The position numbers and the translations under genes are program-made. The notes under the pieces are model-generated. The model had not been told where the DNA came from, made no database searches, and saw nothing but the letters and a program-made list of their open reading frames with translations. Of a stretch of DNA of 64,000 nucleotides, positions 56,626-64,000 are shown one piece after another. Position 1 is the stretch's first letter. Each line of letters starts with the position of its first letter. The stretch comes from a virus: positions 1 to 64,000 of IMG/VR virus record IMGVR_UViG_3300010368_000009. One strand, 5' to 3'.

Positions 56626-57195
56626 TTAGAACAGCTTCCGTTGGAGCATCGGGATAGATACTCCTTGTTTAACGAAAATAAACACTGTTGTGCTATTGGC
56701 ATGGTATGATGGGTTCCGGTGTTTCATCGCAAGTTGTTCTAAAAGTTTGTTGACACAGATGCATGTGTTGTATTGGTGACCATAACCGGAGTACGGGGCG
56801 GAACTTTTACTGATCATTGCGGAATGCCTAGTTTAAATGGCGTGTGTCAAAGCCGGTGTCCCGTTTAAATCTGGGGATGTGACCGGCCTCGTCATCTTAC
56901 AAAAGAGAGTCCAAACGTTTTCTAGAAACGACAAAAACTCAGCTCTGGTGGCCACAGAGAACCGGATATTCTCTTAATAGAGATAGCTTCGGGTGACGAG
57001 ATATAGTTTTCGTGTACTGACTAGAGTGCACACAAGTTCCCTTCGGGGAAGGCATCTTATGGTGTCTTAGTGAATGGACTGACAAAAGAGAATATGGGCG
57101 GTAACCTGTAGGATCACAAATCAGTCGCCTTTACCGAGGAAAATCGGTTATTGTCATTCTGTTGGCATCACCACCAGAGTGGCTTACAGTCGGGA
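56626..57195 (+). ncRNA. Large multi-domain structured ncRNA candidate
   Basis: No credible ORF; consecutive closed helical domains and a UUCG tetraloop. Confidence 0.6.
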
Positions 57196-57197
57196 AT

Positions 57198-57326
57198 TAG
57201 TTTAGAGATGGGACGTAGCTCAATATGGTAGAGCTTCTTAATCCCGGCCACTTTGGAAAACGAACTGGTCCGGTAATGTCAAACGTTGTATGCGGGTTCG
57301 ATTCCCGTCGCCTGTCATCTAAACTA
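57198..57326 (+). ncRNA. tRNA-like element with D and T arms, expanded centre, no CCA
   Basis: TAGCTCAATATGGTAGAGC; GCGGG-TTCGATT-CCCGT; closing TAGTTTAGA/TCTAAACTA. Confidence 0.6.
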
Positions 57327-57357
57327 GCTGTTTCGTCCAAATGGACAACAATAACTA

Positions 57358-57442
57358 TGCGTGCCGACTTAGACACATAGTCCGTAATACAAATGAGTGT
57401 CTGGATACGGTTGTAATGGGTTCGACTCCCGGTAGGCATGCA
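57358..57442 (+). ncRNA. T-loop RNA with possible H-type pseudoknot
   Basis: TGCGTGCC/GGCATGCA closure; AGACAC/GTGTCT crossing CCGTA/TACGG; GGG-TTCGACT-CCC. Confidence 0.45.
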
Positions 57443-57453
57443 AATGATCTTAT

Positions 57454-57575
57454 AGTCGTTGGCTGTATTATCAGAAACAACACAAGGCCGTTGAGAATCC
57501 AGCGTGTTGTTTCTGGTAGGTGTCTAGATGGATATAGCTACCATCTAAGGAGTTCAAGTCTCTTAACGACTGCCA
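57454..57575 (+). ncRNA. CCA-ended tRNA-like RNA with 8/4 acceptor-T and a long central helix
   Basis: AGTCGTTG/TAACGACT-GCCA; T loop TTCAAGT; TTATCAGAAACAACAC/GTGTTGTTTCTGGTAG helix. Confidence 0.6.
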
Positions 57576-57736
57576 ATAATATCGAGTGAAGCACTGTCAT
57601 AACATAGTTCGCGCAGAGGCTTATTATTTCGGGCTGGTATACTGATGTGGAGTAGCGTAAGCTGACACCGATTAGTAATCAGTCAGGAATATACTCGGTA
57701 TTTTGTCAAGACAAATATACCTTATGATTATGGGGT

Positions 57737-57813
57737 TGATCGATAATGCTCAGTCTGGTAGAGCTTTCTTACAAAAACTAGGAAGGTCGTTGGTTCAAAT
57801 CCAACTCGGTCGC
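57737..57813 (+). ncRNA. Pseudo-tRNA (loop CAAAAAC, no CCA)
   Basis: D arm GCTCAGTCTGGTAGAGC; T arm GTTGG-TTCAAAT-CCAAC. Confidence 0.55.
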
Positions 57814-57821
57814 ATAAATAC

Positions 57822-57992
57822 TATCTATCAGTGCACGGGGTATGTGCACGCCTATATGTGAATCGCCCGTCCATCATCTGGTTACTGAGTAACAAGTAGG
57901 TAACAAATGGAGCAACGGGGGCAGTGAAGCAAGCGTTGAAAGTCGTCGAGGTTATGTAGACGATGGTTGGTTCGAATCCAATCTGATAGATA
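57822..57992 (+). ncRNA. Structured RNA with a terminal T arm
   Basis: TATCTATCAG/CTGATAGATA closure; TTGG-TTCGAAT-CCAA. Confidence 0.5.
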
Positions 57993-58138
57993 TAATGGTG
58001 GCGTCATCTAGGAGCGGTGAAGTGTGCGTTCCGGGTGTTGCAGGCATGCAAACCTATGCGGCAGTCCTTTTCCGAGGGCGAGTCGATTCTAGTCGTTTAA
58101 CGAGCGACATGGCACCCCATCATTAAACGAGAAACATA

Positions 58139-58939
58139 ATGTTTTGGATAGTACAAGAAGATTTATATAACGAATACAATTATGATTCGTTTCTTGATTC
58201 GTTGAAAAGAATGAATATTGATCATGTATTGGTCAAGCCAATTCCATTTACCAATACACTGGTTGATGAAGATCAAATTCATATCGATGATACCAAACCG
58301 ATAATCGTATCAGGATCAATGGGATTAGTTCGTGTGGCTCGCCGTAGAGGTTGGAAGCCCGGATCATTCCTTGATGAAGATTTCGAATTCACTCAATGGC
58401 GTGATGGCTTCGGTAAAAAACATTGTATGAATGGATGGGGCAAGGTCAGTAAATTACGGGATGCATCTTTTTCCGGTAGCGATATATTCGTTCGTCCGAC
58501 AGCTGATAATAAATCTTTCAACGGAACTATTATGAACCGGGAAGAGTTTATTTGCTGGCGTGACCATTATGCGGACATCGAACCAACCGATGAATTTCAA
58601 TTACTCCATGCTGATACAGAAATTATGTTATGTCAGCCTAAAAACATTTCGGCTGAATACAGATTCTTTATCGCTGGTGGCCAAATTCTAACCGGAAGCC
58701 TGTATTCTAGAAATAGACGCGTCCTTTATCAAGAATGTGTTGATGCAGGGCCGATAGCATTCATCAATGCAATGATCGCCATATATCAACCAGCGGAAGC
58801 ATTCGTTCTAGATATAGCTTATATTCATGGTGAGTATAAAATAATTGAAGTTAATAATTTCAATTCATCTGGTTATTATGCTTGTGATGTTCAGAAAATC
58901 ATTGACGGGGTTGAACAATTAACTTACAAGTATGAATAA
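58139..58939 (+). CDS. ATP-grasp domain protein (DUF4343/R2K-like)
   Basis: FVRPTADNKSFNG, EYRFF, FVLDIA, KIIEVNNFNSSGYY. Confidence 0.82.
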   Translation: MFWIVQEDLYNEYNYDSFLDSLKRMNIDHVLVKPIPFTNTLVDEDQIHIDDTKPIIVSGSMGLVRVARRRGWKPGSFLDEDFEFTQWRDGFGKKHCMNGWGKVSKLRDASFSGSDIFVRPTADNKSFNGTIMNREEFICWRDHYADIEPTDEFQLLHADTEIMLCQPKNISAEYRFFIAGGQILTGSLYSRNRRVLYQECVDAGPIAFINAMIAIYQPAEAFVLDIAYIHGEYKIIEVNNFNSSGYYACDVQKIIDGVEQLTYKYE

Positions 58940-58950
58940 AGAGGATAACA

Positions 58951-59355
58951 TTGATGACAACAATGGTTTGGCTCGACGAAGAGAATAAAATAGCCTATAC
59001 GGATTATGACCGTAATGATAGTCGTGTCGAATCGCGTGCGCAAGATGTTCCAAGCGGAACCACACCGGGTGATAAACTTTATATTGTTTCGGTGGTTTAT
59101 GAGTGGTATGATTCTGAAAGTCGTGAAGGTCCGTATTCCAAAGTTATAGCGATGACGGTTGATGTTGTTGCTGTTGCAAAGTTGAAAATTGCTTTGAACG
59201 AATTATTGTTCGGTAGAAAACGGTATGACAATGATAAGGATCATACGGTTGAGTCTAAGATCGAATTCGAAGGCTATATGATCAATTATGGTGAATTCTT
59301 GGGATGGGGAACATCCGCAAAAGAATTAAAACTTGAAGTTTACAACGTGGTGTGA
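58951..59355 (+). CDS. Hypothetical protein
   Basis: GAGG RBS. Confidence 0.6.
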   Translation: MMTTMVWLDEENKIAYTDYDRNDSRVESRAQDVPSGTTPGDKLYIVSVVYEWYDSESREGPYSKVIAMTVDVVAVAKLKIALNELLFGRKRYDNDKDHTVESKIEFEGYMINYGEFLGWGTSAKELKLEVYNVV

Positions 59356-59657
59356 TTATGAAGCAAGAAATTTTAGATAAGTGGATTGCCAGACTTCGTG
59401 ATCCATCAGCGAAGAAGGCCCGTGGGCAACTGTGGAATAAAAGCGGCATGTGCTGCTTGGGTCATCTTGGTGATGTCTGCGGTTTGTCTAAGTCTGATAT
59501 GTCGAATGGAAACGGCGAGTCAATGCTACACCTTGATATGGCGTTTCTCCAAAAGGTTGAACTTCCGACTTCCCTATCAACGGAATTAGCTGATTTGAAT
59601 GATACAAAAGCTGGTTTCCCCATCGATGAGATAATTAAACTAGTACCGACCGATTGA
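59352..59657 (+). CDS. Phage hypothetical protein (KWIARLR...MCCLG...LND)
   Basis: 101 aa ORF. Confidence 0.6.
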   Translation: MIMKQEILDKWIARLRDPSAKKARGQLWNKSGMCCLGHLGDVCGLSKSDMSNGNGESMLHLDMAFLQKVELPTSLSTELADLNDTKAGFPIDEIIKLVPTD

Positions 59658-59665
59658 AAAATAGA

Positions 59666-60040
59666 ATTTGTACTAAACTGGACGCAGGTCCGATGAAACT
59701 GCGGCGGGAAGTAGCTACCTTAGCCGTATGGAGGATATGTACAAATACGGGTGCATTAGAGGAAGTTACTAATGCAGTAAAAAAGGAACGAAGCGTGATC
59801 CCTTGTTCCACCCACCATTATTAGTAGGCCGTCAGTCTAACCGTTTCTGAAGGTAAAAGCGAAGGTTATAAAGCATCCGCTGCCTACACGGTGGTTCTTG
59901 ATAACAGTTATCAAGAATATGATGTGCCTTATCAATGGCTCTGGGGTACATCATTAAAAACCCATTAGCTGGCCCTTTCGAGGCATGCCATAGACAAATA
60001 TCGAACGTTGTATAGTACACAGCGAAACCGCGATTGTCGG
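59666..60040 (+). ncRNA. Second cluster of structured non-coding elements
   Basis: Closed domains at 59666-59746, 59749-59817 (ends ACCA) and GTAGGC/GCCTAC; no credible ORF. Confidence 0.4.
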
Positions 60041-60043
60041 TCG

Positions 60044-60091
60044 GGGGAGAGATTGATTGGCGAATAGGTCAATAATCTCTCCCCTTTTTTT
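60044..60091 (+). terminator. Intrinsic terminator
   Basis: GGGGAGAGATT...AATCTCTCCCC followed by a T tract. Confidence 0.75.
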
Positions 60092-60722
60092 ATCTAGTTT
60101 TGAATGATACTGTGATATTGTTCGGATCAACCGGCCAATGACCGTCACTCTTGCATGAATAAGAGATATCTTCTGGCCAAGCACCGGGAATATTATCTAG
60201 TGCTTTGTTGATAAGTTCATCAGTTTGTCGTGCTGTATCACTTACAACTTTACGCTCGCCCAGTTTCTTCATGATTTCACTGAACTCGCTGCCTTTATTA
60301 AAGAGGTTTTCATTTAATGTGCGGAACCCCATTTGATTGAAATCACCACTCAATAACTCTTTTAATGTTTTGCGGTGCTTGCGCGCCATCTTCTTATCCA
60401 ACGATGATGTCACATCCATGAATCGCTGCATCTTATCATCTGGCAAATCATTGATATAATCGTAGGTGTGTTTCAGCATTTTATCAACTTTGAGATAAGG
60501 CGGAAGATCATTGAACTCTGGTCCTACATCGGCATCGGTTCTATATGTTTCTTCCATATGCTCTTCTTCGCATTCTGGATACTCGTCGGAATCGGGACAT
60601 TCGGGTGTAGCATCCACGAAGGAGTCATTATTAAATAGCGCGTTCACAATAGGACGCACTAATACTTCTGCCATGGTTTTGGCGATAGCTTCTCTTTCGT
60701 CTTCATTAAGATAAATTTGCAT
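60090..60722 (-). CDS. Hypothetical protein
   Basis: AAGG RBS, 210 aa. Confidence 0.65.
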   Translation of the reverse strand: MQIYLNEDEREAIAKTMAEVLVRPIVNALFNNDSFVDATPECPDSDEYPECEEEHMEETYRTDADVGPEFNDLPPYLKVDKMLKHTYDYINDLPDDKMQRFMDVTSSLDKKMARKHRKTLKELLSGDFNQMGFRTLNENLFNKGSEFSEIMKKLGERKVVSDTARQTDELINKALDNIPGAWPEDISYSCKSDGHWPVDPNNITVSFKTR

Positions 60723-60768
60723 GGGTGATTAACCTTTCGTTTGCTATAAGTATAATATGATAATTTAC

Positions 60769-60843
60769 GCAGTATTAGTTATAAGGGTAGAACAAGACCG
60801 TGCCATGGTCTAGGTGACGGTTCGAATCCGTCATACCGCTCCA
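60769..60843 (+). tRNA. tRNA-Gly(GCC)
   Basis: Loop GTGCCAT, T arm GACGG-TTCGAAT-CCGTC, TCCA end; one acceptor mismatch. Confidence 0.8.
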
Positions 60844-60844
60844 A

Positions 60845-61429
60845 TTATCTTAATATTTTCAATGTATTGATATAAGTCCTGACCTTGCTGCAAAGCAAAG
60901 TCACACCACCTTCGTTTCCGGGGATTGTTTCATATGTGTATTCGTGTCGATCAAGTAATGATTTGACGGTTGTGTCAATCTCTATTGATTGTTCTAATGT
61001 ATGTACTCGACCCTTTGGGTTAAATTGTTTTACTCTATTCAAGAAAAAGTTTTTATTGTCGTGCTGATCATATTGCCATTTGACCAAATCATCAAACGCT
61101 TGTGGATAATGTTCGCCTCTATAGATAGAACATAATAGTAATGGGCTATCGGTGATGATTGCATCAACCTTGCCTCTTAGCATTTCAATCCGGTTGGTTT
61201 GTTTGCCCAATAGATATATTTGATTAGCTAGCGTTTTGTTTCGTTCTTCCCATACTAGTTCTTTTGCATATTCAGTAACGAGTTCAACATTGTATCCATG
61301 TTGTTTGAGATGACCAAATAATAGGGCGGCAGATGTTGATTTACCACTTCCGGGTCCACCAAATAAATTAATCACCAAAGGCTTTAAAGGAATCATTTTT
61401 ATCTCCGTGTTCTTTTTATTATATGACAT
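60845..61429 (-). CDS. P-loop kinase (AAA_28, NadR/Ttd14-like)
   Basis: INLFGGPGSGKST, EYAKELVWE, ITDSPLL. Confidence 0.8.
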   Translation of the reverse strand: MSYNKKNTEIKMIPLKPLVINLFGGPGSGKSTSAALLFGHLKQHGYNVELVTEYAKELVWEERNKTLANQIYLLGKQTNRIEMLRGKVDAIITDSPLLLCSIYRGEHYPQAFDDLVKWQYDQHDNKNFFLNRVKQFNPKGRVHTLEQSIEIDTTVKSLLDRHEYTYETIPGNEGGVTLLCSKVRTYINTLKILR

Positions 61430-61505
61430 GTAAAACCCCATCCTATGCCTCTAAGTATATCACTGACAGAATAAATATGCCTGTCGATAATTTGGAGAGA
61501 CATAA

Positions 61506-61763
61506 ATGAGTGCTAATAAAAAAGACGATACAGCCGAACACAACCCCGGTGCAGAAGTCGCCGCGACGAACCCAAGTCAAGAAAAGGCTAATTTGCCACT
61601 TGAAGATTTGGTGGTTCAAGATGGAGTCATCATGCTTCAGCTGGTTGATCGACTCTTTAAAAATGGTGGCGTCCAAGGCCGTGAAGCCCTTCCGGTTGGT
61701 ATCTTACGTCAAAAGATCAGTGAGTCTTTGGCTAAGCAGGGTGTTACGGAACAACAAGGATAA
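61506..61763 (+). CDS. Hypothetical late protein
   Basis: ATAAATA and GGAG RBS. Confidence 0.65.
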   Translation: MSANKKDDTAEHNPGAEVAATNPSQEKANLPLEDLVVQDGVIMLQLVDRLFKNGGVQGREALPVGILRQKISESLAKQGVTEQQG

Positions 61764-61770
61764 TAATTAC

Positions 61771-62622
61771 ATGAGAAATTTTGGTGAACACGAAGGCGAA
61801 CCTTGTTTGCTTCTTGGATATAGAGCAAACAATGGTAATATGCTGTTGGTACATTTGAATGATATTAGTGGTACTGCTGAAGTAGATACCATGATTAATT
61901 TCTTACAACGGCACAGAATGGACAATCGTAATATTGCAGCAATTCTTGCAGCAGAACCATCCCCGTTTATGGGATATCCAAGCATGATTGCATATTACTC
62001 TGGTAAGGCGGGTCATGATGGAAGTTCATCTTCGCTTCGCCAAATTCCTGAATTTTATATTTCGATGTATGATCAGCAGCAATCCGAAAGCTGGATTGGA
62101 TCATCTGCTAGATATAAAGCTAAGCAGAAATCTCATCCGTTCTTGGATAGATTTAAAGCATCATTGGGTCAACCTATTACAAAGTCGGATGAGCCATTGA
62201 TTGAAAACAGACCAACCATCGCACCGGCACAATCTGAAAAGATTGAGGGTGATGCTGCACTTGCCTATCTCAAGCAACACAACCTACCGATCCCAGATCA
62301 ACTTAAGCCGATGGTGGAACCTGTTGCCGAACCAATGGAACTTGAAGAATTTGTTTCTGGTGGCGGTAGTGGTCGCGGAACCAAGGTGGAAACATTGGAT
62401 ACGGTAGCAGAACAGCAATTGGCAGCATTGATGCAAATTGTTACATTACAGAAGAACCTACTTGAGCAACAGGCCGAAGCATCTGGTCAAATCAAACGCG
62501 TTCTAGGACGTGTTGATGCTGTGGACAAATCTCTTCGCAGTGCCGCTAGAAATATGGAAAAGGCTGGTTTTGAAAAACCGGTTGTCCCTCCTACTAAGGC
62601 ATCTCGTGGAAAGTCCAGTTAA
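61771..62622 (+). CDS. Hypothetical protein with C-terminal coiled coil
   Basis: AAGGA RBS before ATG 61771. Confidence 0.65.
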   Translation: MRNFGEHEGEPCLLLGYRANNGNMLLVHLNDISGTAEVDTMINFLQRHRMDNRNIAAILAAEPSPFMGYPSMIAYYSGKAGHDGSSSSLRQIPEFYISMYDQQQSESWIGSSARYKAKQKSHPFLDRFKASLGQPITKSDEPLIENRPTIAPAQSEKIEGDAALAYLKQHNLPIPDQLKPMVEPVAEPMELEEFVSGGGSGRGTKVETLDTVAEQQLAALMQIVTLQKNLLEQQAEASGQIKRVLGRVDAVDKSLRSAARNMEKAGFEKPVVPPTKASRGKSS

Positions 62623-63016
62623 GAAACCCCTGTCGGTGGGTGTACCGAAGCTTCCTGTTAGATTCGAATACGATGATAACGGGAAGCTTCACATTCATTT
62701 TGATGGGGATACCGAATTACATTTCCATGGAACCAAATCTGAAGTCATTGAAGACTCTTCGGTGGAATTCATACATGGTGACAAAATCATTATTACTTCG
62801 GGAGTGCATCACGTGAATCCATGGGGTGCAGAATTTTATGATCAAATTCTAAATAATATTATAGAAAATGATACATTGAGAGAAGTAATGGAAGCTAAAC
62901 TGAAGCTTCATAAAGAACAAGAAGTAAATAGTATTAAAGCGAACCGTTCTTTAAGTCTTCGTGAAAAATTATTTAAACGTATTATGAAAAAAGGTAAAAA
63001 GTGTTCTTGTGGCTGA
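62607..63016 (+). CDS. Hypothetical protein, possibly related to gp5 C-terminal repeats
   Basis: xHGD beta-strand repeats; start uncertain. Confidence 0.45.
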
Positions 63017-63377
63017 ATTAGATAACCAGAAGCTAGATCAAATCATTGATCTATTACAACAACTCGTTACCGTGACGAAGAATCCATCGGGTATCACGGT
63101 TGAGGAACGTCCTTGGTCTTTCCGATTGCTACAAGAATTGGCTAGCGGTGAAGATGCTGATGGCAACAACATGGTGTACGGTCATGATTTCATTTTCAAT
63201 CAGGTGATCGATTGGCATCCACCAGCATTGCAATCATCTGCCGATAGTCTGACTCGGACATTCAAGGGCAATAAACGCATAACCTTTATTGAATACGCAC
63301 AAAGTTTACCAGTTGATGACGTAAAGATTGAAAAAATTCTTGATTTCGTTGATAGTAAGAAACAATTAAATGGCTAA
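63009..63377 (+). CDS. Hypothetical protein
   Basis: Overlapping ORF in the operon. Confidence 0.55.
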   Translation: MAELDNQKLDQIIDLLQQLVTVTKNPSGITVEERPWSFRLLQELASGEDADGNNMVYGHDFIFNQVIDWHPPALQSSADSLTRTFKGNKRITFIEYAQSLPVDDVKIEKILDFVDSKKQLNG

Positions 63378-63777
63378 TGTTGCCTTCGTCACATCACTGA
63401 GTACTGTATTTTTTGAATGCACACCGGATCAAGCTGTAACTGGATCACCTGATACGTTTGTTAATGGACTAGCTGTTCATCGGAAAAATGATAAGTGGTC
63501 AGTTCATGCGTGTGCTCATGGGAACAGTTATGATGCATATCTTCAAGAAGGCGCTCCAACTCATTTAACCAACGGTCTGAACACGGGTCGTGTCGGTGAT
63601 CCAATCACGCGCTGGCAGAAGGTCGCTGGATCGCAACCCTATCGCACTGGTACGGCTTTCGTTGCTACGGGTTCGCGCGATACCTTTATTGGTGGAACGG
63701 GTGCTGGTGGCACTACCACGGGATATTTTCGTGCTGGTAAAGCTCGTGCTGGTAGCAAGCTTTATACAATTGGTTAA
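63370..63777 (+). CDS. PAAR-like tail spike tip protein (T4 gp5.4-like)
   Basis: TGSPDTFVNGLAVHRKND...H.C, NG...GRVGDPI, VATGS..TFIG. Confidence 0.8.
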   Translation: MANVAFVTSLSTVFFECTPDQAVTGSPDTFVNGLAVHRKNDKWSVHACAHGNSYDAYLQEGAPTHLTNGLNTGRVGDPITRWQKVAGSQPYRTGTAFVATGSRDTFIGGTGAGGTTTGYFRAGKARAGSKLYTIG

Positions 63778-63986
63778 TTGAGAGAAGTCACAAACGGTCG
63801 CTGATCCATTGCGATGTTTCGGGCCAAATAGATTGGTCCACCGATCATAGACGATAGAAACAACACAACACGAGAAAAGATGGGAGAATTACCCAACTCG
63901 AATCTAAACCCTTCGGGAACATATTCAGTTGGGTAAAACCGGTACAGACCGAGATACCAGATGTATTCAATAAGACCAGCGATCAA
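63774..63986 (-). CDS. Membrane hypothetical protein, probably truncated by the window edge
   Basis: Hydrophobic ORF close to the end of the window. Confidence 0.4.
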   Translation of the reverse strand: MIAGLIEYIWYLGLYRFYPTEYVPEGFRFELGNSPIFSRVVLFLSSMIGGPIYLARNIAMDQRPFVTSLN

Positions 63987-64000
63987 CCATAGTGATAGAC

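Noticed and set aside
56626-57195. RNase P RNA, tmRNA or rRNA fragment
   Set aside because: No GAGGAAAGUCC P4 signature, no tmRNA termini or tag frame, and no rRNA signature recognised
1-64000. Genome-wide TAG recoding (code 15)
   Set aside because: Large genes are intact in code 11 and several genes end plausibly at TAG; only local read-through is supported

Overview
64 kb of a large T4-like or jumbo dsDNA phage genome. The host is possibly alphaproteobacterial, judged only from promoter shape. The window holds a lysis cassette (PAS protein, holin-like proteins, amidase), class Ia ribonucleotide reductase with glutaredoxin, a MoxR AAA/VWA pair, divergent type II topoisomerase subunits, rIIA/rIIB, NAD salvage genes (NadM-Nudix, NadV), tail fibre and PAAR genes, and many late-promoter genes with capsid-targeting-like N-termini. 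Its most distinctive content is RNA and translation biology: 16 dispersed tRNAs (an amber suppressor, two 8/4-type tRNA-Ser, tRNA-Ile UAU), a CCA-adding enzyme and three Pth2-family proteins. Three candidate systems stand out. (1) A Ro60/TROVE gene sits behind a tandem array of five Y RNA-like units, two of them with permuted tRNA domains. (2) A Pth2 + HD-domain operon has a best RBS-supported start reading ATG-ACG-TAG in frame, near an amber suppressor tRNA. (3) A ~1.6 kb non-coding RNA operon follows an rrn-like boxB/boxA antitermination leader. All protein and RNA family calls come from reading motifs by eye; no database searches were run.
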